Source of the DNA: Kiritimatiellia bacterium
Lineage (GTDB): Bacteria; Verrucomicrobiota; Kiritimatiellia; RFP12; JAVBOU01
Assembly (NCBI GenBank): GCA_031550185.1
Contig: JAVBOU010000141.1
Location: 1-54,240 of the forward strand
Reading direction: 5' to 3'
DNA length: 54,240 nt
Translations under genes and position numbers: made by a program
Notes under the pieces: model-generated
Database searches by the model: none
Told to the model about the DNA's origin: nothing
What the model saw: the letters and a program-made list of their open reading frames with translations, nothing else
Part shown: positions 10,418-20,257 of the stretch, piece by piece
How the letters are laid out: each line of letters opens with the position of its first letter
Position numbering within the stretch: the stretch's first letter is position 1

Positions 10418-10447
10418 AGTATAGCACAACACAAAAATCCGTGGCAA
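10418..10447 (-). promoter_or_regulatory. Putative sigma70 promoter of the UroD-like pair
   Basis: Minus strand TTGCCA-18 nt-TATACT with extended -10 TG (TGcTATACT). Confidence 0.5.
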
Positions 10448-10464
10448 AGCCCAACCTCTGCCAC
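10441..10464. repeat. Degenerate REP-like palindrome, GTGGCAGAG family
   Basis: GTGGCAAAG-CCCAAC-CTCTGCCAC. Confidence 0.7.
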
Positions 10465-10509
10465 CAAAACAAAAACACCACCGCAATGCCGCACGCGAAA
10501 CGTCAAAAA

Positions 10510-10545
10510 CGGCGCGTGGCAGAGGTATGGCTCTGCCACGCGCCG
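10510..10545. repeat. REP-like palindrome, GTGGCAGAG family; possible terminator of the GH gene
   Basis: Perfect 15-bp arms CGGCGCGTGGCAGAG-GTATGG-CTCTGCCACGCGCCG with T-runs following on both strands. Confidence 0.9.
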
Positions 10546-10549
10546 CTTT

Positions 10550-11980
10550 TTATTTTGCACGCAAGAGGGTGACGGAATAGGGTGCGAGCTTGAGCTTCGA
10601 GAGGTTGATTGCACCTTGAAGAATTTTGGGCGGAGGGAGCGCGGATTTCCAGGGCGTGGGGGATTTGACGCCATTCCAGGTGACGTCGCGCGCGGTCGGC
10701 GAATCGGCCTCAAGGGTGTAGAGTTGCATGGCGGATCCGAGAGGACGGGCCACGCCTTTCCAATCCAGTTGAACGTCGATGGGAGCGTCGGTTTTATTGA
10801 TGAGCATGACGCTGGTGACGCGGTCAGCGCTGCGGGTGGCGTAGGCGGACATGACGTTGGCCTCGTCGGCGGTGGTGGTTTCGAGGACTTCGCCGCCGAG
10901 CATGGCACTGAGCACGAGGGCATAGTAAGTGGGTGAGGCTTCGTGCCACGGACGGTTGTCGCTTTTCATGGCGAGGACACCCCAGTTTTTTTGAATGCGT
11001 TGGAGACAGAAGAAGGTGTGGCCGCTGACGCCGGTGCGCAAAAACATGCCGATGGCGTCGGCGGTGCCAAGGGCGTTGGCGAAGTCGGCGGCGGATTCGT
11101 TTTTGTCGCCGCCGCCCCAGTTCCATTCGGTGATGTAGAGGGGCAGGTTGCGGCTGTCGTGTTCGGCGATGGTCTTCTTGATGAAGTCCATGGCTTTTGG
11201 CCATTCGGTTTGAACAAGGCCGCGTTTATCCTGCCAGGAACCGTTGCCGCCCTCGGGATACCAGTGGAGGCTGATGGCATCGACGAGTCCGTCGCCGGTT
11301 TTGTTGCCGTGGGCTTTGAGGAATTTGGCGAGGTTGTTTTGCGCCCACCAGAACCAGGTGTTGCACGAGGCGGGCCCCATGAAGCGGGCCTGCGGGTCGG
11401 CCTTTTTCATGGCAGCGACCTGCTCTTTGAATTTGGCGTTGTACCACTCGTAGATGGCGTCCTGACCCTTGGACTTGATGTCGTTGGGCGCGTCGATTTC
11501 GGGTTCGTTGCCGATCTCCCAAAAGGCGACGCCGACGCCGGCCTTTTTCATGGCACTGACCCACTCGGCGGCATGGGAGCCGGAGGAGTTAAAGGAATAG
11601 GGCTTGCCGGTGTCCTTGTTGGTGTCGGTCTTGTCGGTGGCGGTGTTGGTTTGAAAGAGCATTTTGGAGCGGCCGGCCTTGGCGAAATCCCAGACGTTTT
11701 GCGGCGTCATCGTGGTCCAGCCGGTGGCAAGGGGTTCCTTCCAATCATACCATTGACACGGCACGCCGCCGGGAAAGCGAAGGAGTCCGAAGCCGGCTTG
11801 CTCGTACGCGCGGCGTGTTTCGGTGTCAATGCCGGTGTCGTTCCACAGTGCGACCAAGTTGACGCCGTGGTAATCGCGCTCGGCGACTTTGTGTAGCACC
11901 TTGCCGGTGTTGATCGTGACGGTGGCGGTTTGTTGCGCAACGGCGCAGAGTGGGAGAAGGAGGAATAGGAGTGTTTTCAT
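10550..11980 (-). CDS. Secreted clan GH-A glycoside hydrolase (GH51/GH44/GH79-like) with C-terminal beta-sandwich
   Basis: Start reassigned to ATG 11980 (signal peptide MKTLLFLLLPLCAVA); LRFPGG, WEIGNEP, ISLHWYP, YITEWN motifs. Confidence 0.8.
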   Translation of the reverse strand: MKTLLFLLLPLCAVAQQTATVTINTGKVLHKVAERDYHGVNLVALWNDTGIDTETRRAYEQAGFGLLRFPGGVPCQWYDWKEPLATGWTTMTPQNVWDFAKAGRSKMLFQTNTATDKTDTNKDTGKPYSFNSSGSHAAEWVSAMKKAGVGVAFWEIGNEPEIDAPNDIKSKGQDAIYEWYNAKFKEQVAAMKKADPQARFMGPASCNTWFWWAQNNLAKFLKAHGNKTGDGLVDAISLHWYPEGGNGSWQDKRGLVQTEWPKAMDFIKKTIAEHDSRNLPLYITEWNWGGGDKNESAADFANALGTADAIGMFLRTGVSGHTFFCLQRIQKNWGVLAMKSDNRPWHEASPTYYALVLSAMLGGEVLETTTADEANVMSAYATRSADRVTSVMLINKTDAPIDVQLDWKGVARPLGSAMQLYTLEADSPTARDVTWNGVKSPTPWKSALPPPKILQGAINLSKLKLAPYSVTLLRAK

Positions 11981-11983
11981 AAT

Positions 11984-12070
11984 GTAAGACAGACATTCTT
12001 GTCTGTCATGGTGATTGCCTTGACGGTGTTGGTGGGGATGGTTGATGACAGACAGGAATGTCTGTCTTAC
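11984..12070. repeat. Inverted dimer of a second REP family (BIME-like)
   Basis: GTAAGACAGACATTCTTGTCTGTCAT (11984-12009) and its reverse complement with 1 mismatch (12045-12070); each unit is itself a hairpin GACAGACA..TGTCTGTC. Confidence 0.85.
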
Positions 12071-15000
12071 TCTTTCACATCGACCCGCACGACAGACATG
12101 GCGGGCAGGTCGAGTTCGAGGGTTTTTCCGCTGACTTTTTGGGCGGGAAGTTGACCGATGGCGTAGCGATCGGCAGCGGAGTATTCCCACGGCGTCACGG
12201 TTTGTTCGGGAATGGGACGAGTGAGGTTGAGGGCAACGCGCGCGTCTTTGGCGGCGCGCTTGTTCACCAACACGAAGGAGAGGCGCTTCGTTGCCGCGTC
12301 GCGGAACGTATGCACGGAAACATCATCCTGCGCGCTAATTTTTGCGGGCAGATAATCGCCACCGACCGCGGTCATGGCGCCGTCGGGATTGCGCAACATT
12401 TTGTAGCCGAAATAAATCGGCGAGTTGGGTTGCGGGAAGAACCAAAGGTACGCGTGATCCACGCCTTCGCGCGCAAAAACGCCGAGCAACTCGGCCTGCG
12501 CCACGCCGCCGGAGACATCCTTTTCGCCGCCGAAATTGTATTCGCCAATCGCGAGTTGCATGCCGGGATTGTGGTCCGCAATCCATTTTTTGAACATGCG
12601 AATAATCTGGAGTTTGCCGTCAAATGTTTTGCCGTTGTGGTCACCGGCCATCCATGAAACATCCTTGTAATCCGGATCCCACAGCACGCGAGTTTGCTGG
12701 ACGCGCAACTCCATGGTCGCGGGATCGTTGGGCTGCCCGCCCATATAAATGCCGGTCTGCGGATAAAAATGGAAGTCCAACACATCCACCAAATTGACGC
12801 CGGTTTTGGCCTTGTGTTCAGCGAGCTTTTTGAGCCACCACACGGTGATGGGCTCGTTGTTGTGCGCGGCGCGATCAGGCGGGCTGGCCCAGTCGGCTTT
12901 GCCGGCCGAGCAGAGTTCGGCGTCGTTCGCGGAGGTGAAATACGCGGACCAACCCCACCACGTCGGGCCCGCGACCTTGACGGACGGATCAATCTTCTTG
13001 AGTCGCGACGCGTAGTTTTCGGTCATCTCCCAAAACGCGTCGTATGTGAGGCCGTGCGGAAACATGCCGCGATGCGTGGAATTCCAGAGGCACGGCTCGT
13101 TGTCGAGTGCGATGAATTTGATGCCGCCCTTGTCCGCTGTGCCGTACTTCATCTTGTCGACCATGAAGGAGAGAATTTCCGTCTGCTCGTCGGGCGTGAC
13201 GGCGATGGAGGTGTCGTTGACGTCCGGCTCGATCAGCTCGGTCTTGGGATTGTTGTTGGCGTCCTTTACGATCTCGCCGTCCGCGCCGCGCACATAACGG
13301 CGCCCGCTTCCGGCAGTGGGGCGCGGATCCGTCGGTTGCTGGCGGCCGGCCCAGTCGTCCTGATCAGGATACTTGTTGGTGTCGAACGCAACGCTGGTAT
13401 TGTCCTTCGCGACGCGGCCCATGGTGGGGATCGACATGTACGTGTCGAGTCCGGCCTTCGCGTTGGCCGCGTGGAAACCAATGAGCCAGTTCTGTTCCGG
13501 CGGCGTGGGCTTGCCATCGTTCTGATAAAACCAGTCGGCGCCTTTGCCGGAAAATCCGGTGCGCCAGTTGTGCGGCGTGAGCGGATTTCCGCCCGAACGC
13601 AAAATGGTCAGCCCCGCCTGTTTGCCGAGCTCGCGGTCACCCATGGCCGCGCCGTAAATGTACGGACTCACCGGAATGCCCTTCGCGTTCAAATCAATCT
13701 CCGCCACGACGCGCGCGGGATTTTTCACCGCCTTGGGTTCGCGCGCAATCGCCTCAATCACCAGATCCTTCTTCGAGCGCACGAAGCGGTTATCGAAACC
13801 CAGGTCGTCGATGTAAACGCTGAACGCGCGGCTGTTGGGCGCCCACGAATCCACGTCAAACTCCCATGCCTTCGCCGGGTCAAACCCGGGGTCGCCCTCC
13901 AGCAAATCCGCCAGCGGAATGATGATTTCGTGCCACTGGCCGTCGGTCAAATCCGCCTCGCCCTGCGTGTAGTCGAAGACGCTCACCGCGGTCGAAGGCT
14001 TGCGCGACGACGAGCAGTTGAGCTTCACGTTGAGCGAGCCCGGATGGTCGCCCTCGAGCTTCATCCAAAACGCGAGGTTCGCGTAACCGCTCACATCCGT
14101 GCCCGCGTTGTCCGGCCACCAACCGTGCCAGTTCCAGCCGCCGCCGATCCATCCCCCACCCTCTCCGCGGAACTCCATCGCGGTGCCGCCGCTTCGCTTT
14201 TCCTCGGTCTGCGTCTTGAAATAATTCAGCGGCGCTTGCGGCGCAATCCACGGATAACCGCCGCTAAACTGCTCGCCATTCCAAATCGTGATCTTGGAAT
14301 CGGCGTCCGCAATCGTCAGCGTCACCGCGGTGGAGCCGACGCGCTTGTCATCGGTCGTTGCGATCACGCCCAGCACCTTTTCGCCCGCGCCAATGTTGGG
14401 GGGAATCGAAAACGTGTTGCCATATATCTTGTCATTCGCCGCGCCGTCGCCATGCGCGCCATCGTCGAAGAGTTCGATTTCGCCCGCGCCAATCGCGCCG
14501 AGATCGGCCGTGACTTTCGCCACTTTTCCTCGCTTGTCGCTCGCCGCGACCGTGAGTTGCAACTTTGTTTTCGTGTCGCCGACGCGCAAGGTTTTGGGCG
14601 CGAGTTTCGCGCCCGCGATGATGGGCGGCTTCTCCGTCCACATCCATTCGCCCTTCACAACACCCGCGTCGTCGAGCGCGAGCAACATCGTACGCTGTCT
14701 CGCGTTCGTCCCAAACGCGGTGGCGATTCGAATGTGCGCGTACGGATCCTTCTCCTCCGGAATCCACAACGCCGCACGACGCGACGCCGGAATCGCCTCA
14801 AACAAACCAAAATTCGCGGGTTGCCACGAATTGCCAAGATCGGCGCTCATTTGCAACGTCAGCGGACGATCCTTCAGTCCGCGCAAACGCGCGCGGTCGC
14901 CTTCGCGAAGAAAAAGGTTTTCCGCCGCGCCGATCACGCGCGCGTGCTCGCCCATCGTAAACTTCCACGTCTTGCCGCCGTCAACGCTGTGGCTTAATCC

Positions 15001-15690
15001 GTGATGCTTCGCGATCAACAACGTGTCGCCGGATTGCGCGACAGGCAGCGCGCCGGTAAAATATTCCGTGTCACCCTGCGCCGCGTGCCACGTCTTGCCA
15101 TCGATCTCCGTGTATAAAATCTTTTGCTCCTGCCGTGACACCACACACAAAGTTTGCTTCGTGAAAAACACCAGCGGATCGCGCATCTCCGTGCCAAGGT
15201 CAAGCGTTTCCCATCCATTGCTATTACCTTTGGAAATGCGGTTTCCGGCTGGATGTCCGGTGAGGTAAATGACGGTGCCGGGTGTGGCCGTCATATTCAC
15301 GGCGACTGACGTCACGGCGTCATCGGCCATGCCCTTTTCCTTTGAGCCGATCTGCTTCCATGTGACGCCGTCATCGCTCTGCCACAACCCATTTTGCGTC
15401 GCCGCGCAAAAATGTCCCAACAAATCCGGCACGCCAATCACCGCACTAACACCGGAAAGCGCGTCGCTTTTCGTCCATTGCGTGGCAGCGCCAGACCTCT
15501 GCCACAACGCGCCGGATTTCGTCGCCGCCAACGCGATATCCTCACGAACATTGATGAACGCGAGACTTTTTACCGGATCATCCGCGGGAAGTCCTTCGTT
15601 AAAGTCCGTCCAGCGGATAAAGCCCTGCGCGGAGGAGACAACCGGCAGCAAGGCGGCGACAAGCAGTGATGTGAGGCGAGTCATGTTCAT
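12067..15690 (-). CDS. Secreted multidomain GH44 glycoside hydrolase (Asp-box beta-propeller + choice-of-anchor-X-like + CBM-like + GH44)
   Basis: Start reassigned to 15690 or 15684 (signal peptide); Asp boxes SDDGVTW, SVDGGKTW, SADLGNSW; LFDDGAHGDGAANDKIYG; GH44 motifs SPYIYG, RSGGN..NW, LDNEPCLWNSTH, DVLDFHFYPQ, GEYNFGGEKDVSGGVAQAELLGVF. Confidence 0.85.
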   Translation of the reverse strand: MNMTRLTSLLVAALLPVVSSAQGFIRWTDFNEGLPADDPVKSLAFINVREDIALAATKSGALWQRSGAATQWTKSDALSGVSAVIGVPDLLGHFCAATQNGLWQSDDGVTWKQIGSKEKGMADDAVTSVAVNMTATPGTVIYLTGHPAGNRISKGNSNGWETLDLGTEMRDPLVFFTKQTLCVVSRQEQKILYTEIDGKTWHAAQGDTEYFTGALPVAQSGDTLLIAKHHGLSHSVDGGKTWKFTMGEHARVIGAAENLFLREGDRARLRGLKDRPLTLQMSADLGNSWQPANFGLFEAIPASRRAALWIPEEKDPYAHIRIATAFGTNARQRTMLLALDDAGVVKGEWMWTEKPPIIAGAKLAPKTLRVGDTKTKLQLTVAASDKRGKVAKVTADLGAIGAGEIELFDDGAHGDGAANDKIYGNTFSIPPNIGAGEKVLGVIATTDDKRVGSTAVTLTIADADSKITIWNGEQFSGGYPWIAPQAPLNYFKTQTEEKRSGGTAMEFRGEGGGWIGGGWNWHGWWPDNAGTDVSGYANLAFWMKLEGDHPGSLNVKLNCSSSRKPSTAVSVFDYTQGEADLTDGQWHEIIIPLADLLEGDPGFDPAKAWEFDVDSWAPNSRAFSVYIDDLGFDNRFVRSKKDLVIEAIAREPKAVKNPARVVAEIDLNAKGIPVSPYIYGAAMGDRELGKQAGLTILRSGGNPLTPHNWRTGFSGKGADWFYQNDGKPTPPEQNWLIGFHAANAKAGLDTYMSIPTMGRVAKDNTSVAFDTNKYPDQDDWAGRQQPTDPRPTAGSGRRYVRGADGEIVKDANNNPKTELIEPDVNDTSIAVTPDEQTEILSFMVDKMKYGTADKGGIKFIALDNEPCLWNSTHRGMFPHGLTYDAFWEMTENYASRLKKIDPSVKVAGPTWWGWSAYFTSANDAELCSAGKADWASPPDRAAHNNEPITVWWLKKLAEHKAKTGVNLVDVLDFHFYPQTGIYMGGQPNDPATMELRVQQTRVLWDPDYKDVSWMAGDHNGKTFDGKLQIIRMFKKWIADHNPGMQLAIGEYNFGGEKDVSGGVAQAELLGVFAREGVDHAYLWFFPQPNSPIYFGYKMLRNPDGAMTAVGGDYLPAKISAQDDVSVHTFRDAATKRLSFVLVNKRAAKDARVALNLTRPIPEQTVTPWEYSAADRYAIGQLPAQKVSGKTLELDLPAMSVVRVDVKE

Positions 15691-15710
15691 GATGTGGGCG
15701 ACGTGGTGTT

Positions 15711-15725
15711 GTGAAAGCGTTATAC
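15711..15725. promoter_or_regulatory. Possible LacI-family operator upstream of the GH44 gene
   Basis: GTGAAAGCGTTATAC resembles the TGNAANCGNTTNCA-type consensus; single imperfect site. Confidence 0.3.
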
Positions 15726-15730
15726 GCGCT

Positions 15731-15759
15731 GTGGCGTGGCAGAGATTCTGCCACGCCAC
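15731..15759. repeat. REP-like palindrome, GTGGCAGAG family
   Basis: GTGGCGTGGCAGA-GAT-TCTGCCACGCCAC. Confidence 0.9.
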
Positions 15760-15784
15760 GCGGCATTGCTCAATGCAAGGATGA

Positions 15785-18700
15785 TTAGCGTACAATGAAA
15801 AGGGATCCGGCAAGCCAAGCACGGATTTGGAGGAGGTTGGGTTCGGCAATGAGTTTGTGGTTGTAACCTTGCGCTTGATTGACGGTAACGGCGTCGGGGG
15901 TGAGGTCGCCGGTGGCGGAGGAGAAGAGCGTGGCGGAACCCTGGAATTTGCCGAGGTTGATTTCAACGCGTGTGTCGGGAGAAAACGAGGCGTTACCGGT
16001 GATGTCCAACACGGGATACGTGTAAACAGCGCCGACGGGAAGGTCGAAGGTGATGAGGTCGATGTCGGCGCGCGCGTTGAAGTTGGCGGCAGTGAGGTGT
16101 GAGGGACGCGAGAAGTGGATGCGGCTGTCCACGGCGGTAGCGGTGGTGTTGAAGGTGAGGCCCGACAGGTCGAAGTGTCCGCCGTGGAACCCGAAGAGGT
16201 TGCGGGAGGAAGCACCGCCAACATCGAGGTTGTTGCCCGGCGCGACGATGGTGGTGTGGCCGGGGTCTTCGTAGAGCAGGACGGTGTTGTCGGTTCCACT
16301 GTTGCCTCTTCCGATTTCAAGACCGCCGGTCGCGCGAAGCGTGGCGTTGCTGACGACAAGCCAGCCGCGCTCGCCACCCCAGTCGGTGCCACCTCCAGGG
16401 AAAACATTACCGGAGTTGACGGCGAGATAAATCCTGCCATTGAGGTCAAACTCGGAGCCGCTCAAAATGGAAACGCGGGGATTAGAAGTGGCGCGGCCGC
16501 CGATGCTGAGGGCTCCGGTGGTCTGGATGTAACGGGCGTTGTTTTGCAACGTCAGCGTGTGACCGTTGCCGGTCCACCGGCCGATGGCGGTGAGCGCCGT
16601 GTTGGTGACAACACCGCCATCAACGGTCATGAGGGCGGCGCTGTCGCTCCAGCCACCGGTCACGCCCACCCAAATTTCGCTGGCGCAGAAAAGTCCGCGA
16701 ACGAGGAGTTCGTTGTTATAAATCGACTTGTCGACGCTACGGTGGCCAACATTGGCGGTGTTGCGGGCGGTCAGCGCGGCGCCGGATTCGACGGTGAGGC
16801 GGTTGCCGGATTGGTCGTATCCGACGTAGAGGTGTTGGGTGATCACACGGCTGCCGGAAGCGAGCGAGGCGTTGCACGTCCCGGCGTTGCGGCCGACAAA
16901 GAAGGAGTCCGTGAAGTTCATCACGCCACTGGCGAGCAGAAAGTTTCCAGCAACGTTGTCGAGGCCGACGTTGAAGGTGGCGGCGTCGAGGGTGAAGCCG
17001 CCGAAGTCGAACGTGACGGTGTCGGCGCCGGAAAGGATGTTGATGGTGGCAATCGCGATGTCGCGGGACGCGGTGACAAACACGTCGCCCGCGGGGAATT
17101 TGGCCGTGCCGCCAGGCCCAGGCACGCCGTGACTCCAGTTGGCGGGATTGTTCCAGTCGGTGTTGGAGCCGCCGCCCGCGGTCCACTCGGTGACGCCGGA
17201 GAGCACGACGCGGTTGGTGGATGACCAGACATTCCACGAGGCGAATTGGCCGCCGTCGGTGACGCTGCTTTCGATTTGGAAGGCGTAGTAATAGACGCCG
17301 CCGACCTGGAGGTTGCTTTGGGTAAAGCTGACGGCGCCGGGGGCGTCGAGCGTGTCACCGCCCACGGACGCGAGGAGATCAGGATCCGTGCCGAACCAGT
17401 AGGTGACCGCGCCTTCGACAGGGCCTGGATAAAGAATTTCTGCGTTCATTCTGAGGATGTTGGGCTCCGGGGTGGAGTGGGTGATGGCGCCGAAAATGGG
17501 CACGCCGGGCGTGGTGAACTGGACGGGTTCGGGACTCCAGGCAAAGCCAAATTCATTTGACGCGGCAAAACGATAATGATAGTCCTGCGAGTACCAAAGG
17601 CCGGTAACGGGCATGGCGACCGGGCCCGCGGATTGCGCGAGTTTGACGGCGGAGTTGGTTGTCGCGGTGGCGTCATCCCACCAGTACAGATAAACATCGG
17701 CGGTGCTGAGACCAGGGCCGCAATAGCCGAGACTCGCATTGGCAACGACGGAAACGCCGGTCGCGTCGGAGGGCGGAAGCGACGCAATGTTGGCGGTCAC
17801 ACCGTATGTGGAAAATGCCAGCGGGAGGGAATTTTGCCAAAAGCCCTGCTTGACCGTGAAGAAACGGATGACGTAAGGCGTGGCAAGGCCAAGATGTGCA
17901 AATTCGATCGACGCGGGTGGCGTGGTGATGCTGGTGAATGTTTGAAGAAGGCAGGACGGAGAGTTTGTCCAGGCGGAGAACACGGCGCCGCGATCCTGCG
18001 TGTCGCACACGGCGTAGAGATTGAAATCCTCAAGGGAATGGGTGTAGGTGAAGTTCGGATCAAAGGTAATCGCGTCGTGCGTGAGCGAAAGCGTGAGCGG
18101 CACCACGGGCGCGCTGAGGACGGAGGCCGTGAAGGAATAGCGCAGGTCGTCGAAGGGCGTGTTGTTGCGGTCGGTGATGCGGAAGCCCATCTTGTCGTCA
18201 CCGCTGAGTTCGCGGAACTTGATGCCGATGCTGTTGACGCCGGGAAGGAGCGTGATGTTGACGCTTGCCTCGTTGGGGGTGTAGGCGGCGTCGAGGATGC
18301 GTTCGCCGTTGCGCCAGACGCGGATGTTGTCATCGCAGGTGTAATGGATGCGCGCGTTGCGGTTTGTGTCACCGGGGACATGGATGTAGATGTGCCAGTA
18401 TTTGACGTAGTTGTCCCGGTTCATGGTCCAGAGGCCGTTGGCGTTGTTGTTGGTGAGAATCGTCCATGTGAGGTCGCGCTGAGTGCCGGGAACAGGCAGC
18501 CCGGACAAGGTCAGACCGGGATACGGCGTCTGCGCGGTTTCGCCACCGAAGGCCGCAAGATGGTCGGTGTCGATGTTGCTGTCGTTGATGACATCATTGC
18601 CCAGATTGGCGCCGAGGTGAAGCAGGACGTTGTAGTAACCCGTGGTGAGCGCCGGCAAGAGCGGATGAATCTGCGCCACGCGCACCTGGTTCGTCGCGCT

Positions 18701-20182
18701 CCACACGCTCCAACTGTTTTGCGCGTCCGCCTCGCACAACGCGTGGAAGGCGTAATAGTAGACCGCGTCGGTGGCAAGGCCTGACAGCGTGTGCGCGAAG
18801 TTCACCGCGCCGCTTGCCGGCCAGTTGGTCACCGCTTGCATGCTCTCCGGTGTTGCGCCGAGCCAGCAGGTGACGCTTGCCACGGCCGCGCCCGGCTTCA
18901 AGAGGGAGGCGGTCAGTTCCAGCGTTCCCTGCGCGATCGTCGCGGCGCCGGACGCGCCCCAAACCGGCGCGCCAAGCGTTGTGAACCATCCGGGCGCGTC
19001 CTGCCACATCTCCGCGTCATTCGCGTTTGTTGCCTTGAACAGATAGCAATAGGTTCCGCCATAATCCAGCCCCTCCAGCGTGGTTGAAAACGCTCCGGGT
19101 GCCACGTTTGACAAGACTACGGATGTCATGCTCGACACCTCCGGATCGGCTCCCCAGTACAGCGTCACATCCACGGTTTCCTGACCCGGCCCGCAATACA
19201 GCAACGTGCCGCCCAGCGTCGCCGTCGTCCCGGTCACCTGCGCGGGATTGACGGAAAACACCGGCTTGTCCGGCAACGTCGAAAAGGTTCCCGTCTTGCT
19301 CCACGACGAACGCAACGCGTTGGTCAGCGACATACGAAAACGATATTCCGAGGCGGGAACAAGACCGCTGATGTCGAAATGAAGCACGCCGTCATCCGTC
19401 ACCGCGAGCTCCGCCGATTCCGCGGTGGCCCAGTCCGCCGCGTTCGACGGTTGCCAGTAAGCCGTCACTGTTGACGCCTCGCCGCCGGTGATCGCCTGTC
19501 CGTTCAACCGCGCCGAGTCCGCAGTCAACTGCGTAACTTCACCCGGCGTGACCTCGTACACCTGTTCGTTGACCACGCCATAACAGTGATAGGTGTCGCC
19601 TTCGTTTTCCATCGAATTAAAAACGATTTCCAGCGCGTTCCCACCCGCCGTGTAGCGGTAGATCAACATTTGATCCCCCATCTTTTCGTCCGGATTGAAG
19701 CGGAGGGAATCGGCCGTTGTCGCGTCCGGCTTGAACGTGAACGTCTGCCAGCGCGCGGCGTTGACCCCAAAGGGGCGATGATAAAAGCGCGTCTCATACA
19801 CCTTTCCCGGTGTCAGGCCGCGCAACCAGACCGACCCTAACTTGAGACTGTAGTTGAAGTCCGCCAGCACCTGGTAAATTCCAGAAGAAGGCGGCGAAGA
19901 GATGGTGGTGCAGTCATTTTGAAAGGGAAACGGCGCTGACGGGAAGCCTTCCCAACTGTACCCGCCATGGCTTCCGGTGGCATTGGGCGTACTGAAAAAT
20001 TGCACGCCGTTGACTTGCGGATGGTTCTCGTGTCCTCCAAAATCCAGCGCGTGCGTGTAGACGCGGTCCGCTCTGATCCGCGTTTCGTCATCGCCGACAA
20101 ACGGCACAGTTTGAGGATTGGCAACCGCGCGTGTGATGGCGAAGGCAAGCGCGGCGCTTGCGAGGATGGTTTTGCTGTTCAT
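15785..20182 (-). CDS. Large secreted adhesin-like protein A1 (N-terminal unknown domain, FN3-like repeats, PA14-like domain, beta-helix); tail GSLFIVR
   Basis: 1465 aa; signal peptide; FN3-like LxGLxxxxxYxYxF repeats; PA14-like CDDNIRVWRNG...LLPGVNSIGIK; WNNPANWS entry into G/N-rich beta-helix. Confidence 0.75.
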   Translation of the reverse strand: MNSKTILASAALAFAITRAVANPQTVPFVGDDETRIRADRVYTHALDFGGHENHPQVNGVQFFSTPNATGSHGGYSWEGFPSAPFPFQNDCTTISSPPSSGIYQVLADFNYSLKLGSVWLRGLTPGKVYETRFYHRPFGVNAARWQTFTFKPDATTADSLRFNPDEKMGDQMLIYRYTAGGNALEIVFNSMENEGDTYHCYGVVNEQVYEVTPGEVTQLTADSARLNGQAITGGEASTVTAYWQPSNAADWATAESAELAVTDDGVLHFDISGLVPASEYRFRMSLTNALRSSWSKTGTFSTLPDKPVFSVNPAQVTGTTATLGGTLLYCGPGQETVDVTLYWGADPEVSSMTSVVLSNVAPGAFSTTLEGLDYGGTYCYLFKATNANDAEMWQDAPGWFTTLGAPVWGASGAATIAQGTLELTASLLKPGAAVASVTCWLGATPESMQAVTNWPASGAVNFAHTLSGLATDAVYYYAFHALCEADAQNSWSVWSATNQVRVAQIHPLLPALTTGYYNVLLHLGANLGNDVINDSNIDTDHLAAFGGETAQTPYPGLTLSGLPVPGTQRDLTWTILTNNNANGLWTMNRDNYVKYWHIYIHVPGDTNRNARIHYTCDDNIRVWRNGERILDAAYTPNEASVNITLLPGVNSIGIKFRELSGDDKMGFRITDRNNTPFDDLRYSFTASVLSAPVVPLTLSLTHDAITFDPNFTYTHSLEDFNLYAVCDTQDRGAVFSAWTNSPSCLLQTFTSITTPPASIEFAHLGLATPYVIRFFTVKQGFWQNSLPLAFSTYGVTANIASLPPSDATGVSVVANASLGYCGPGLSTADVYLYWWDDATATTNSAVKLAQSAGPVAMPVTGLWYSQDYHYRFAASNEFGFAWSPEPVQFTTPGVPIFGAITHSTPEPNILRMNAEILYPGPVEGAVTYWFGTDPDLLASVGGDTLDAPGAVSFTQSNLQVGGVYYYAFQIESSVTDGGQFASWNVWSSTNRVVLSGVTEWTAGGGSNTDWNNPANWSHGVPGPGGTAKFPAGDVFVTASRDIAIATINILSGADTVTFDFGGFTLDAATFNVGLDNVAGNFLLASGVMNFTDSFFVGRNAGTCNASLASGSRVITQHLYVGYDQSGNRLTVESGAALTARNTANVGHRSVDKSIYNNELLVRGLFCASEIWVGVTGGWSDSAALMTVDGGVVTNTALTAIGRWTGNGHTLTLQNNARYIQTTGALSIGGRATSNPRVSILSGSEFDLNGRIYLAVNSGNVFPGGGTDWGGERGWLVVSNATLRATGGLEIGRGNSGTDNTVLLYEDPGHTTIVAPGNNLDVGGASSRNLFGFHGGHFDLSGLTFNTTATAVDSRIHFSRPSHLTAANFNARADIDLITFDLPVGAVYTYPVLDITGNASFSPDTRVEINLGKFQGSATLFSSATGDLTPDAVTVNQAQGYNHKLIAEPNLLQIRAWLAGSLFIVR
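17049..17425. repeat. 377-bp direct repeat copy 1 (partner 21420-21796)
   Basis: Gapless hand alignment, about 36 mismatches in 377 nt (about 90% identity). Confidence 0.9.
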
Positions 20183-20233
20183 GGTGTTGCTTCCTTAACA
20201 GGCGCGCAACCTTTGCGCGTCGCGGGTTGTTGA
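20183..20233 (-). repeat. Duplicated 5' leader with hairpin and RBS, copy 1 (partner 24566-24616)
   Basis: 49/51 nt identical; CGCGCAA-AGG-TTGCGCG hairpin then TAAGGA RBS. Confidence 0.9.
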
Positions 20234-20257
20234 AAAGGGTGACAATTTTTCAAGGAG

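Noticed and set aside
15691-16449. N-terminal extension of the GH44 ORF in the ORF track
   Set aside because: Overlaps the end of the upstream gene in another frame and runs through a REP; the signal peptide starts at 15690/15684
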